A DNA stretch of 64,000 bases from Schizochytrium sp. TIO01 (lineage: Eukaryota; Protista; Bigyra: Labyrinthulomycetes), in assembly GCA_004764695.1 (NCBI GenBank), contig SMSO01000014.1, positions 2,723,648 to 2,787,647 of the forward strand, written 5' to 3'. Under the pieces are notes generated by a model. The model ran no database searches and was not told the DNA's origin. It saw only the letters and a list, made by a program, of their open reading frames with translations. Of this stretch, positions 13,553-25,409 are shown in pieces (position 1 is the first letter of the stretch; each line of letters starts with the position of its first letter). The position numbers were made by a program, and so were the translations under genes.

Positions 13553-16465
13553 ATGCTCGCTTTTGTGCGATGGAAGTGTCAATGTTGTGGATTTGCGGGC
13601 AACGCCGGTAGCAAGGAGCTATGCGGCAAGTGCGGCGCCGAGCGAGGCGCCAAAGCCGGGAGTGGGCCTGGACAAACGCCATCGTCGTCTGAGCCCTCTG
13701 CATCGGGAACGGCAGTTAGTTCTGCAGCAACAGCAGCAGTGATACCGCCGTCAAAGCGAGCTAGGCTTGCAGACGAGCGCGATGACTTTTCCACGAGATA
13801 CCGTATGGTGAGCCTCCCGCAACCGTGGCTTGCGGCGGCCAAAGGTTCTGTAATCTTTCGAGCGTATGAAACTGTGGAGACAACCACCGGAATGACCAAA
13901 GCTAGCGGCCAACAGCCTGTGGCGGGCTTTGATTTCGATGGATGCCTGTGCGTATTTGCTCGTGGCGCAAACACTAGCAACATCATGCAAGCGAACAATA
14001 TTGAGAAGCATCTTGTCTTTAGTCATATTAAGGACGTGCTGGTGGAACTCCATAAACTTGGCTACCGCATCGTCATTTTCTCAAATGAATCACTTGTACG
14101 ATTCAAAAACCCAGACCCAATCCGCGAGGCACTCTTACGAAAACTAGCTCGTTTAGATGCCTTCCTTGAGTATGTTAAGATACCCATGGAAGTATACTTG
14201 GCAACGCACAATGACGACTACCGCAAACCATCCACAGCGGACTTTGAAAAGGGCGGCTATGGCGGTATTGCAATGTGGACTTTCATGAAATCGGACCCAC
14301 TGAAACTTGGCAAGTCAGCACCAGAAGCCTCAAACCTTGGATTCTATGTCGGTGACGCAGCAGGTCGGCCAGGAGATATTAGTGATGGAGATCGCCGTTT
14401 CGCATTGAAGATAGGGTTGCCTTTTCACACTCCAGAAGACTTCTTCTTGCGAGACGGTGCAGCTATGCGACTTACAGGGGTCCAGCCATTTCAGTCCTCA
14501 ATGACCTCAGCAAATCTAACCCAAAACGCGAGTGTGCCACCATTTTCAGGAGATAGCTCTCAAGTGGACCTTGCCTGGCAGCAACTCATCTCCAAGGCTT
14601 CGCGGCCGCTGCTGCTTGTACTCTCTGGGCTTCCAGGCTCAGGTAAATCTTCACTTGGACAGCGTCTTTGCGAAGCAGTTGGTGGTGCGACCAAAGCAGC
14701 TCGATTCAGCCAAGATGTTCTCAAGAGTCGTCCTAAGGTAGAACAGGCCTGTGCACAAGCCCTCAATGAGGGGAAAAAACTTGTCATTGTAGATCGAACT
14801 AACCTCGTGCCTGGGCAGAGGGAATCGTGGTTACATCTTGCAAAGGACCACAATGCTGATGCTGCGCTTGTATTTCTTGAAGTGCATCCATTGGAGTGCG
14901 TTCAGAGATGCCAACAGCGTAAGAATCACGAAGGCAACTTTCCTACAGCCCGAGATCAAATACTCAATGTTGTTCAGCGATTTGCATCCAACTTAGAACT
15001 TCCTCAGACAAAGGAGGGATTTGGGGCATGCTCTGTGCTTCGACAACCTCTAAGCACCGATATCGCAGCATGGGAATTAGCTCATAATTCAGACCTTGCA
15101 GCACTTGTGTCTGGCGCAAAAAATGACCACAGTAACGCTTCTTCCCCGGTGCAGCGTCCGGCAGTTTTGGCCTTCTCATCCATTTCCACGGGGGAGTTCA
15201 AATTTGATATTACCAAGGCTGTAGGTGTTATGCTCCGAACAATCTCGAGATGCTCACAATCATGGAACCTCGGCCCCAAAACCCTTCGCCTCGTGGAGGC
15301 GCCAGGGAGCCCTGTGCTTAAGGCCTTGCAGGAAGATGAGAAACTTGCTGCACAAGTACGCCTCATTCCAGCACTGGAGATAGTTGATGGGGACATTACA
15401 TCTCAAGTAAATGTGAAGGCATTAGCCGTCGGTTCTATTAAGCGTCTAACAAGGCCTGGGGAAAATAAGTCCAACGTCAAAATTCATGCTGCAATCAATC
15501 AAACAAAACCCAATCAACTTGTTGAATTGCTTCAAGGTCGCACTATTGCTGAAGTAGCAAATCCTGTAGCATTAGAGCTTCCTGAGGACCACCCATTGCG
15601 AAAGTCAACCTCAGCTACACACGTTTTGCTAACCCTTGGACCGAACATGAATTCTGCGAAAGATGATTCGTTAGCCGATCAACCACAATATGCTGAGGAG
15701 CTTCTTGAACGTTGCTATTTGCAGTTATTTGAAACATTCAAGACACTTGTGGCCTCTAGCCCAACCCATGAGTCTGCTACGCAGCTATCTGAGGTTTCCC
15801 AAAGCAAAAAGATTACATCTTTCCCGTCTAAAATAGATGTTCCCGCGGGGCCAGTCCCTCCCGCCTCCCGGTCTTGGAAGCATGCACTTAAAGACTATAT
15901 CCACAAGCCAGTTCCCACGAGCCACCTGCCATACATTTATTATCAAGACTCAGAATATACTGTCATCTACGATGCATTTCCCAAAGCTCGAGTTCACTTA
16001 TTAATTTTGCCGCTGGCTACTTCCGGCCTGGCTGAAGTGGATCAGGTTGGAGAACTTGAATCTAAGCACATACCTGCAGTAGAAAAGCTTGCCGGCTTTG
16101 CTCAACAACTTGCCTCTCATGTATATTCCGTTCTGCAAACTGTCAATGCAGATGCGGCCCCTGTGCATATTGGATTCCATGCTGTCCCATCTCTGCACCA
16201 CCTTCATGTACACGTGATATCCCAGGATTTTGATAGCCCGTGTCTCAAGATTAAGAAGCACTGGAATTCCTTCACACAACCTCAGTTCTTCCTCCCGGTA
16301 GATTTAGTATTACAGACCTTGAAAACGAAAGGTCATGATGGCGTTTCTCAACTGCTTCAGCATAGTGAAGAGGCCCTCAAGGCCCCTCTGGCATGCCACC
16401 GTTGTAAGAAATCCATGTCAAATCTCCAGATGCTCAAAGCACATATTGCTACCCCTTGTGAATAA
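13553..16465 (+). CDS. Multi-domain DNA end-processing protein: RanBP2-type Zn finger + PNK 3'-phosphatase (HAD) + P-loop kinase + macro-like domain + aprataxin HIT + C-terminal Zn finger
   Basis: Zn finger WKCQCC..N..CGKC. Phosphatase motifs GFDFDGCL, IVIFSN, YRKP, FYVGDAAGR..DISDGDRRFA..GLPFHTPEDFF. Kinase motifs GLPGSGKS and VIVDRTN. Macro-like motifs LAFSSISTG, VDGDIT, LGPNMN. Aprataxin motifs DAFPKARVHLLILP, GFHAVPSLHHLHVHVISQDFDSPCLK.KKHWNSF and CHRC..LKAH. Confidence 0.9.
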   Translation: MLAFVRWKCQCCGFAGNAGSKELCGKCGAERGAKAGSGPGQTPSSSEPSASGTAVSSAATAAVIPPSKRARLADERDDFSTRYRMVSLPQPWLAAAKGSVIFRAYETVETTTGMTKASGQQPVAGFDFDGCLCVFARGANTSNIMQANNIEKHLVFSHIKDVLVELHKLGYRIVIFSNESLVRFKNPDPIREALLRKLARLDAFLEYVKIPMEVYLATHNDDYRKPSTADFEKGGYGGIAMWTFMKSDPLKLGKSAPEASNLGFYVGDAAGRPGDISDGDRRFALKIGLPFHTPEDFFLRDGAAMRLTGVQPFQSSMTSANLTQNASVPPFSGDSSQVDLAWQQLISKASRPLLLVLSGLPGSGKSSLGQRLCEAVGGATKAARFSQDVLKSRPKVEQACAQALNEGKKLVIVDRTNLVPGQRESWLHLAKDHNADAALVFLEVHPLECVQRCQQRKNHEGNFPTARDQILNVVQRFASNLELPQTKEGFGACSVLRQPLSTDIAAWELAHNSDLAALVSGAKNDHSNASSPVQRPAVLAFSSISTGEFKFDITKAVGVMLRTISRCSQSWNLGPKTLRLVEAPGSPVLKALQEDEKLAAQVRLIPALEIVDGDITSQVNVKALAVGSIKRLTRPGENKSNVKIHAAINQTKPNQLVELLQGRTIAEVANPVALELPEDHPLRKSTSATHVLLTLGPNMNSAKDDSLADQPQYAEELLERCYLQLFETFKTLVASSPTHESATQLSEVSQSKKITSFPSKIDVPAGPVPPASRSWKHALKDYIHKPVPTSHLPYIYYQDSEYTVIYDAFPKARVHLLILPLATSGLAEVDQVGELESKHIPAVEKLAGFAQQLASHVYSVLQTVNADAAPVHIGFHAVPSLHHLHVHVISQDFDSPCLKIKKHWNSFTQPQFFLPVDLVLQTLKTKGHDGVSQLLQHSEEALKAPLACHRCKKSMSNLQMLKAHIATPCE

Positions 16466-17888
16466 ATACGATTCACACTGTACTGGGATAGAACGTCAAG
16501 GAAGTACCTTGTGCACCCCTCCAATTTTAGTTTCTAAATTTTTGAAGTGAAAGGATTTAGGTTTTTATTTTTTAATCATGTACAACAACGTCTCCACGTA
16601 ATCGGCTCATGTCTCTGTTCTTGCGAAACAAACCGCAGTAATGAGTTATAAGCAAATGTATGCATTGCACGTAATATCCATTTGGCCAATGCGCAAGGGG
16701 GAAGTGATTGCAGATACATGACACTGTGCGAGCAACACGACGAAAGGAGAAATGAAGTAAATGTTTTTAAAAAAAGATGAAGGAAACGAATATAGAAGAA
16801 ATTCATTTCTAGGAGTACTATTAGGCCTTGTATGCTAGGAATGCTTGAGAGTGCACACCTTTGTGATTAGTCAACGGACAATCGGGGGGACGAATTTGAC
16901 AATACTGTAGCGCAAAGGGGGGTCACCAGTTGTGTGCACGACAGTTTCAGGTCGCCAAATTTACTGCTATTCCCGGGCACGAACAGAGCAGCGTGTTGCG
17001 CCCCTTTCACGGCTACCTTTACTGCTGGTACTGACGTTTCTATCGGTGGCAGTGATTGAGACAGTGCTCTGAGTGTAACAGGGTACAGCAGCTGTGTACG
17101 TGAAGACCTTTATTGATCTTCAACCCAAAATTTAAAGGTTGATTTCTCCACATACGTTCAAAGGTTATCATTGAAATTCGTGTTATCTTCCCTTGAAGCT
17201 TCTTGCAAGGTGGCCTACGTTGTTCTCCTTCCTATTCATGATTTACTGTCAAGTGTTTAGTTTTCTTTTTTCTCTTAATTCTCTATTTACTTGTCAGTAG
17301 ATGTTTTTTATTTTCTAAAGAAGAACCAGTACAAAGAACCTCCCTAATTCCTATTTTAATGTAGAAGAGTACTATGCATTGAGCAAACCCCAAAACAATC
17401 GCACCGCTCCACGCCGCTGGTTAGCGAGCAAGCTCACGTGCTTGTTTGCTTACTCGAGTGGGGGCGGCGAGCCCGATTTTGTTTCAACGGGCCAACAGAA
17501 ACAGTGGTCTTTGCTCTTCTAAGCTGAAGGCGACACACCTCGGTGGGCTTGAGAACCAGAAAGGCGTGGACGACTTGAAGTGCTTGACGTTCTCCACCCA
17601 TAAGCTGCCTTGCAACTATTACAAAATAAATCAGTTTTCGACAATCGACTTTGCGAGGTGCTGCCTGAGTGAGACATCAAGTAGAGTCGCTTGGCATTGC
17701 CTTTGTAGCCTCAAGTTTTGCGATCCTTCATACTTTGCGTGTCAACAACAGCCATAACAACGGCACTCCCGGACTGCAAAGCTGGCTGGTGGGAAAGTCT
17801 GAGTGCAGTTCGTTCATTTTCCTAGCAGCAGCATATTTCTCGATCGTAGTTGCAGTAGTATACGCTCTCGTTGATTTCGTACTTCGCT

Positions 17889-20567
17889 ATGTCGTATTAT
17901 TCTCCTTCCCCAGGTGCACCGGCTATCTCACGCCCGAAAACTTATGATCCAGATCTGGCAAGACGAACGCAGGAGGAATACGAGAGTGAAATGCATCTTC
18001 ATGATCTTGCAGACAGGATCGCAGAGAACCAGCGACGTTCACTGCGTCAGGAACTTGGCTTCGATGATGACGATGACTTTTTGCTCGATAGTGAAGATGA
18101 TGAAGAAGAGTGCAAAGGAGGCGAAGCAGACGCTGTCATCCGTGAGGAACTTCAGCAGCTTCAACAGCGCTACATGACAGCCTTGCGAGAGCTACATGAG
18201 ACAGGAGAGAAAGAACGCCGTGCCGCCGAGCAAGTGGCAATTCTTAAGCGTATGTCAAAGACACAAGTTACAATTTTGAAGAAATCTTTCAAAGAAAAAC
18301 TTGGCCAGCACCATACCTTAGCACATCGTCTCTTAGCAGAGTTGAAGACTTACGAAAGCTCTCTTGGTCAAGAAGACACTAAATCGGAACGATTTGCAAG
18401 GGCACTTGCTGAGGAGCGTTTGGCCACTGATAATTTTATTGAGAGCGATGTGTCTGATGGTCTTTCAGAGGCAGAGATCTCCCCATCAGTGGAAGATCGG
18501 CTTAACTCATTGCAACGCCAACTTGAATCTCTTGAATCGGAGAATTCTATATTGCGTCAGTCACTTGACGACCTTCGGCCTAGCCACATGCTACTGCGTT
18601 CTCGAACGGGCTCCATCTCAAATCCTGAGACCCCAAAGATGAGGGCCAAGCCCTCAAATGGTGATGCTGGAGCTGAGCGCATTATTACGGATTTGCCCAT
18701 GACCCCTCGCACAGAAAATGCTGATACCCCATCATCTGTGAGCAGCAAGTTGAACAGTCTGAGTGTTGAAGCACTTCGTGTCAAGTTAGTGAAAGCACTT
18801 AAGGTTGCCAAAATTACGCAGACAAAGCTTGCAAACGTAGAGCAAGAAAAGGTCGCCATGCTTGCTTTGTTGAACGAAGCGCAAGCTGAACTTGAGCGCC
18901 GTCAACAGGAGTCTCAAGCACCATCTGTCGCAACCACTCCACCAGCAGCACCTCAGGTGGAGAACATTCCTGCGACACCAAAGAGAACTCCGCAATTGCA
19001 GCTTCAGAGTGAAGCACTTCAAGGTCCCCAAACGCCACCTACACCGGCCATGTCGAATAAGGGTGAAAAAATTAAGGAGAAGTTTGAGAAGCTCAAACAG
19101 AGACTTGCGGAGCGAGAACAGGAAGTTGAAGAGGCAAAATCACTTATGGCTGCTCGTGAAGGCGAACTGTCCAATGCAAAGGCAATCATTGCAGAGCTCT
19201 CAACAGAGCTCGAAAAGTCCCGGAAGGAGGCAGACCATGGTGCACAACAAGAATCTCGCCGGGCTAAAGAGCTTCAGCGAAATCTGGATTCACAAAGTAA
19301 AAAGCAAAAGCGGCTTATCAAGGGACTTGGACGAGTTCGTAAAGAGCTACAAGACTTGCATGCCTTCAAGTCTCAGTTCACTCAGGAGGTACAGGCGATC
19401 ACGCAAAAGACAAATATTGACATGGCAAAGCTTATTCACGAACTCTCAGCGCGTGTTGCTGCTAAGGAGGCTTCGGTATCGGGCATTGTAACCAAGTATG
19501 AGCGAGAGTATAAGGAAAGACGTAGATTGTTTAATATGGTACAAGAATTGCGCGGCAATATTCGTGTGTTGTGTCGCGTTCGACCAGCACTAGACTTCGA
19601 GGAGAACGACGTAATTGTACGCTTCCCAGAGGACGGTACAGTGGAGTTGAAAAACTCAAAGGGACGTGAAAAATCTTGGGAATTTGACCACGTATTCAAG
19701 TCAAATGCCGACAATGCCAAGGTTTTCGAGCAGGTTTCTGACTTGTGCACATCCATCTTGGATGGCTACAACGTCTGCATTTTTGCGTATGGTCAAACTG
19801 GCAGTGGTAAGACCCACACGATGGAGGGCCCGGAAGGTGATCGTGGTGTCAACTTTCGCGCCTTGGACCGCCTCTTTACGAACATGCGCGAGCGTAACGA
19901 AGGAGGGGAGTGGGAGTACGAAGTTCAAGTCAGTCTACTCGAAATCTATAATGAGCAGATCCGTGATCTTCTTACGGACAAGAAACAACAGCAACAGACA
20001 AAGAAACTCGAGGTCAAGGCAGGCCCGCATGGCATGCACGTCCCAGGCCTTACGATGGTTACCGTCAACGATCACAGTCAAGTGCTTAAATTGATGAAGC
20101 TTGGCAAAAAGAACCGTTCTGTTGCTTGTACCGACATGAACTCTCATTCTTCGCGCAGTCACTCGATGCTGTCCACTTACATTTTCGCGCGCAACACAAT
20201 CACTGGCGAGGAGGCGCGTGGCAAGCTCCACCTGATCGATCTTGCTGGTTCCGAGCGCATTTCTAAATCTGGGGTCCAGGGTGCTAGGCTGACGGAGGCC
20301 ACCAATATCAACAAGTCCCTCTCTGCACTCGGAGATGTTATCCAGGCCCGCGCCAACAAGCAAGGCCATGTCCCTTACCGCAACTCGACGCTCACGTACC
20401 TGCTTCAGGACTCTTTGTCGCAGGACTCAAAGACTCTGATGTTCGTACAGGTCAGCCCCGTCAGAACCAATGCCGAAGAGTCGTTCTGCTCGCTCAACTT
20501 TGCTGCCCGGGCTCGCACCGTTGAGCTTGGCAAGGCAGCCAAGCACACGTCCGCTGCCAAGAAGTAA
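17889..20567 (+). CDS. Kinesin-14 (C-terminal motor, KIFC3/KAR3-like)
   Basis: Long coiled coil, then neck ERRRLFNMVQELRGNIRVLCRVRP, P-loop AYGQTGSGKT, NSHSSRSH, LIDLAGSER, HVPYRNSTLTYLLQDSL. First ATG at 17889. Confidence 0.95.
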   Translation: MSYYSPSPGAPAISRPKTYDPDLARRTQEEYESEMHLHDLADRIAENQRRSLRQELGFDDDDDFLLDSEDDEEECKGGEADAVIREELQQLQQRYMTALRELHETGEKERRAAEQVAILKRMSKTQVTILKKSFKEKLGQHHTLAHRLLAELKTYESSLGQEDTKSERFARALAEERLATDNFIESDVSDGLSEAEISPSVEDRLNSLQRQLESLESENSILRQSLDDLRPSHMLLRSRTGSISNPETPKMRAKPSNGDAGAERIITDLPMTPRTENADTPSSVSSKLNSLSVEALRVKLVKALKVAKITQTKLANVEQEKVAMLALLNEAQAELERRQQESQAPSVATTPPAAPQVENIPATPKRTPQLQLQSEALQGPQTPPTPAMSNKGEKIKEKFEKLKQRLAEREQEVEEAKSLMAAREGELSNAKAIIAELSTELEKSRKEADHGAQQESRRAKELQRNLDSQSKKQKRLIKGLGRVRKELQDLHAFKSQFTQEVQAITQKTNIDMAKLIHELSARVAAKEASVSGIVTKYEREYKERRRLFNMVQELRGNIRVLCRVRPALDFEENDVIVRFPEDGTVELKNSKGREKSWEFDHVFKSNADNAKVFEQVSDLCTSILDGYNVCIFAYGQTGSGKTHTMEGPEGDRGVNFRALDRLFTNMRERNEGGEWEYEVQVSLLEIYNEQIRDLLTDKKQQQQTKKLEVKAGPHGMHVPGLTMVTVNDHSQVLKLMKLGKKNRSVACTDMNSHSSRSHSMLSTYIFARNTITGEEARGKLHLIDLAGSERISKSGVQGARLTEATNINKSLSALGDVIQARANKQGHVPYRNSTLTYLLQDSLSQDSKTLMFVQVSPVRTNAEESFCSLNFAARARTVELGKAAKHTSAAKK

Positions 20568-22289
20568 GGGGCTAGAGTTGCGCTCTGGCATCCCATTGAA
20601 CAGCCTGTGCACGGGCTGGCCGCTGCTGCGCTGTTCAAGCTAGTTAGATTAGAAACAATTGCATTGCTCCAGCTTATCAACAACTTCTTCTCTCCATCTT
20701 GTAAACTTTAACGATCGATGCTCATGTTGCTGTCGCTGTGGCACCAACCCGCCACGAGACTTTGTCCCTGCACGTATGTATGTATGTATACCTGCCAGCT
20801 TTGCTCACGAATCGAGTGCTCCAACCGAAGCACGCGAAATGGTCGACTCGGCATTCGCGTATGCCCGTTTGGGATCTCGCGAAACTGCACTTACGCCGCC
20901 GTAAACTTACCGTCTTTGTGAGAGCAAGCTTTCAGAAACATCTCTACCTAAGCCTTAAGAACTACGCACGCGTGGACAAGTACTTTCTGAAATTGCGCTA
21001 TCCAGAACTTGATGCGAAGCGAGTTCTTGAGGCCAGTTCTGCTGCACTTGCTGGCAATGCTGCTGTATCACTCACTTGCGCTTTGATGTCCCTGTACTGT
21101 CGTCATCCATCACTCGCAAGTTTTGGTGTTACGACCGCAGACGAATTGAGTGAGCGATGCAATCGTGCAAACGGAGGATTGATTGCCGAGCTTCGATGGC
21201 GCTAAAGTACGCCCAAAAGGCGTCACTCAGCTGTCACCAGTGGCGTCAAACCCTTCCAGCTCCGTCGTACCATCGCGAACCTGAAGATGGACCCGAGTTC
21301 CATGTCGATTGACACCTTGGAACAGAGAATCGCATTCAATCTTCATCAACTGATTTTATAATCTTACAATCTTATACTCAAAACTCATTCATTCATTCAT
21401 TCATTCATTCGTTCATTCACTGATTCTCTTCTGCTCTAAGTGCACCTTCGCAATCCAGTTCAGGTACTTGGGGATTCAGAGAGGAGTGCACACCTCAGCA
21501 TTTTCTAGCCCCCCCGCATCGCAAGGTCTCCCATGAAAACCCCCCCTTCGCTCGACTTGACCCTCTGCTAAACTGAGGTTCGCCGTCGAAAGGGGGTATA
21601 GAAGGCATAAAAGGCTCTAGAAAAGGTTCACTGTTCATTCGGGAATCGAAAGCCAAGCTCCGGTTTAAGAACTTGAAGGTACATAGGCTCCAAGTCTCAA
21701 GAGTGTAATACCGCACCCACGGGATTTGAGCGGATGGGACATCTTGGAGTAATTTGCTCGCTTCGCACATGATCTCTGGTGACATCGCTGACTCGTGGAG
21801 ATGGCCATTCGTATTGCATTTGTTTGGGAGCTAAAGATGACTGCAATGCGATAAACGCGAAAGGTTGCGGGGTTTTGGGCAAAGTGAAGAGTAAAAGGTA
21901 AAGGTGAGTGATTGATGAGATGATAGCCTGTAGAAAATAAGTCGGCTCCTAGGTAGGGCTAGGCCTTAGTTGCGGGCCACTCAGAGACGAATTACTCGGC
22001 AACTTGGAGAGTGACAAGTGGCGACGCATCAATTCTGGACTCTTTGTGCTTCTTGGAGCTGTGTGTTCCTGCCTCTTTGATAAAGTTTCCCTTTCTTCCT
22101 AGTGTTCAAGAGAGCGAGGTTTTGCGAAACTTGAAAGCAGAAACCAAAAGCAAGCAAAACCCAAATAAGGCTGCGCCAGATTGAAGAAGAGGCGCAGAAT
22201 TTTGATATAAGAGAGGCTTGGGGAAACCTAGGGGGTTAGGGTATTGAAAACAGAGCAAGGAAAAGGCAATAACTAAACTTGGCAGGAAG

Positions 22290-23426
22290 ATGACCAAAAA
22301 GGTTGTTGTACTTGGTGCTGGCTATGGAGGAACAGCTGTAGCAGGAGGCCTTGACAAAATTGTAAAGACGGAAGATCTTGAACTTACAGTGATAGATAAA
22401 CGCGATGCCATGATTCACAAACTTGGTGGTTTGCGTGCTGCTACTGACACGACTTGGGCCGACAAAGTCATTGTACCACGTGACAAGCTGCTTAAGAATG
22501 GCAAATTTATGACTGGAGAAGTGGCAAGTCTCACTGACCACTCCGTTACACTAAAAGATGGAACGTCCCTTGATTTTGACTTCTGTGTCATCGCAACCGG
22601 TGCTCTGAATGCATCACCTGGTGAACCAAGCGCAAACGCGCACTCCATGCAAGATCTTAAGGCCTACTATGCAAAGAGTCACGAGGCCTTTGAGAATGCA
22701 ACGAAGATTGCGATTATTGGTGGTGGCGTTGTGGGCGTTGAGCTTTCGGGCGAAATCAAGAACAAGTTCCCCAGTAAGGATATTACAATCATCCACTCTG
22801 GTGATACTCTGATCAGCGGTAGCACCCCGCCGCTACCTGCTTCCTTTCACCGACGCCTCAACAAGCAAATGGACAAGCTTGGGATTAAGCGAGTCATGGG
22901 GGCCCGTGCGGAGATCGACATGAGCGAGTTTCAGGGTCAAGTACTGCTTCCTGGTGAGCGCACAATCCACACAACAACTGGTGATGATGTGGTGGCTGAC
23001 CTCACCATCCTTTGCGTTGGAACAGTCCCCAATACGGGAGGTTTCCCTAGTGCTTGGCTAAATTCCAAAGCCCTTGTCAAGGTCAACAACAAGCTTCAGG
23101 TCTTGAACGGGGATGAAGCTCTTCCCAACGTTTACGCACTCGGAGATGTTTGCGATGTTGCAGAAAATAAGATGGCCTACTACACGGGTCTAATGGCTCC
23201 AATTGTTTTGAAGAATCTTATAGCGTCAATTCAAGGAAAGAAAGTCATCAAAAGCTATAAAGCTCACAATACACCATTTATGGTGGTCCCTCTCGGCCCT
23301 AAAGGCGGTGCCATGGCAACCCCTCTTGGTGCATTTGGGGCTACATTTGCAAGCATGGTAAAAGGCAAATCCCTCTTTCTGAATTTGGCTTGGCCCCCAA
23401 ACAATCTAAAGACGCCATCTGCATGA
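22290..23426 (+). CDS. AIFM2/FSP1 (AMID)-like FAD-dependent NAD(P)H oxidoreductase
   Basis: FAD motif VVVLGAGYGG, VIATG, NAD motif IAIIGGGVVGVELSGEI, NVYALGD, and C-terminal MVVPLGPKGG...KGKSLF. Confidence 0.85.
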   Translation: MTKKVVVLGAGYGGTAVAGGLDKIVKTEDLELTVIDKRDAMIHKLGGLRAATDTTWADKVIVPRDKLLKNGKFMTGEVASLTDHSVTLKDGTSLDFDFCVIATGALNASPGEPSANAHSMQDLKAYYAKSHEAFENATKIAIIGGGVVGVELSGEIKNKFPSKDITIIHSGDTLISGSTPPLPASFHRRLNKQMDKLGIKRVMGARAEIDMSEFQGQVLLPGERTIHTTTGDDVVADLTILCVGTVPNTGGFPSAWLNSKALVKVNNKLQVLNGDEALPNVYALGDVCDVAENKMAYYTGLMAPIVLKNLIASIQGKKVIKSYKAHNTPFMVVPLGPKGGAMATPLGAFGATFASMVKGKSLFLNLAWPPNNLKTPSA

Positions 23427-23629
23427 TGCCTCCGGCTCCATTATAAAAGCTTTCTTATAATACATATATAATTCTCTTGTTAACCAATTCAGATCGTAAG
23501 TTTTTTGTTAGAGTCTTGGTTTATGCCAGCCCCCAAAACCACGTGAGCCTGCAGCTTTACTTCTCTGTAGCCTATAGCCCAGTAGAATAAAATAAGATAA
23601 CAATATGATTGATTGGACGTATTGAGGTA

Positions 23630-24265
23630 TTATTCTAGCTTTTCTGACACGGCAGAGTATCGCACAGCGCGGATTGGAATGGTTGGAAGAATAAGAGGTA
23701 CTGCAAAGTCGATAAACTCATCATATGTCACAAACCCCGGGGCATCATCAGGAAGATCAAGGTACCGACGAAGCTCCGCCCAATGATCTGCTAGGTCGCT
23801 GACAGCCTCTAAGTCAGGTGGCGAGCAACCCAAATTTGTAACAGCAAACTTAAGATCGCCGCATTTGATTTTGCCAGTATCATTTGGGTCCAACGACCTA
23901 AATAGTCTTGACGCACGCAATAGTGCTGTTTTATCCTCGGGCATATCTAGGTCACCTTCCAGAAGCTCGCGATGCTCTGCTTGAACAAGGCGAGCGGCTG
24001 CTAGAAGGAACTCTTGTTCGTCCAGTAGCAGTTTAGGTTTACTTGGATCTTGCACCACAAGACCGCCACTCTCTGTAAGCTCGACGTTAGGCAGTCCAAA
24101 GTGCCTCAAAACATGCGCAGCCTGATTTGCTTCTACGTACCCCTTCGTCTTCCCGTGTGATGCATGCAGGAAGAAGTCAAAGGCTGCCCTCAGGTCCTCA
24201 ATGTCATCCATCGTCAGCGGGCTGGTGCGCACCAGCACCTTCGCAAACGACTGCAAGTCCTCCAT
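23630..24265 (-). CDS. EF-hand (calmodulin/centrin-like) protein
   Basis: LTMDDIEDLRAAFDFF, FRSLDPNDTGKIKCGDL and GFVTYDEF; some EF loops are degenerate. Confidence 0.7.
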   Translation of the reverse strand: MEDLQSFAKVLVRTSPLTMDDIEDLRAAFDFFLHASHGKTKGYVEANQAAHVLRHFGLPNVELTESGGLVVQDPSKPKLLLDEQEFLLAAARLVQAEHRELLEGDLDMPEDKTALLRASRLFRSLDPNDTGKIKCGDLKFAVTNLGCSPPDLEAVSDLADHWAELRRYLDLPDDAPGFVTYDEFIDFAVPLILPTIPIRAVRYSAVSEKLE

Positions 24266-25373
24266 TCTTCAGCCCGCGCCCGCGAAGATCTACACGGCCT
24301 CACGATTGTCCTTGGGCATCTGCACTCGCTGCTCACTCCTCGCACGCAAGCAGTTCTTGTGCACGTGCGTGCGCTCCCACGAAAAACAATGGGTGGGTAA
24401 ATTACACGTAACGGATCGTTCCTGTCTACCGCAAGTGCACCTCATTTGCCTGTATTCAAGGATATCCTGGCCCGCGCCTTTTCTTTCCTTCAGGTTCTTT
24501 CTTACTTCTGAAAGTGCTGATTATATGATGCACTTTGTGTTTTCGTACCTCCTTATTTATTTGTGCTCCCTTAGAAGAAAGAAGTCAATAACTCGAAAGT
24601 TGTTCGTGCTGCAAGTCTTCTGAGGCCGTCATCGAGAGCCTGGAGCTCTGCCGATACTGTTAGAGAGAGCGTCTCTGGCTGGAAGAGGGGCTCGAGTGCG
24701 TGTGGATCGCGCCGTCCACTTCGCCATTTCCACGAGTTCTTGGAAACGCAGACGGATCCCAAACGGGGCTTTACGATCACAATCGTTGTTTGTTAAGAAT
24801 TAATTGTTTTGGCTTCAAGATGATAATTTTCGAGCTTCAATTTATTTACACACATAGTATGGTCTATACATTCATCATTTTTATAAATGTTCTTTTAATT
24901 TATTAAACATAACCTTGAGAACTTAAACATTTTATTCAACATAAATGAAAACTCCCCCGTAGGACTCCTATCTACACCTAAGCTAACCCTACCTGCGCTG
25001 GGACTTCCGCAAGCTGCCTTAAACTTCTACTGTACTTGGGAAATAGCCCACTTGAAGATAATCTCGGTTACTATGGGGTATAAGTTTGTTCTATAGTATA
25101 CACCATCCGATTCTGCACTTGCCCGCAGCGTCCCCGCTGCCGAAAGGCCAACTTACTCAGTAGCTTCCTTCAGTTCGTTTGTTGTTCTCGTTTGCGGTTG
25201 ATCAGTTTCTTCGCTGGCTTGATCGAAGGTTCGCTCACGCTCTACTGTGGAAGCCTCTGGCTGACCAGAGCTTGGACTGAGGCGACCTTTCCACTGCGAA
25301 CCAGCTCTCGAGGCTGAGCTGTGAAGCTTTCTCAGTCCTTCAGCCATTTGGTCTTTAAGCCGATAAACGGAGT

Positions 25374-25409
<36 letters not shown>

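Noticed and set aside
12660-21500. Recurring TGCAC(A)CC motif in intergenic and 3' regions (e.g. ~12673, ~16511, ~16851, ~21487)
   Set aside because: Too short and inconsistently placed to distinguish from chance without an enrichment test.
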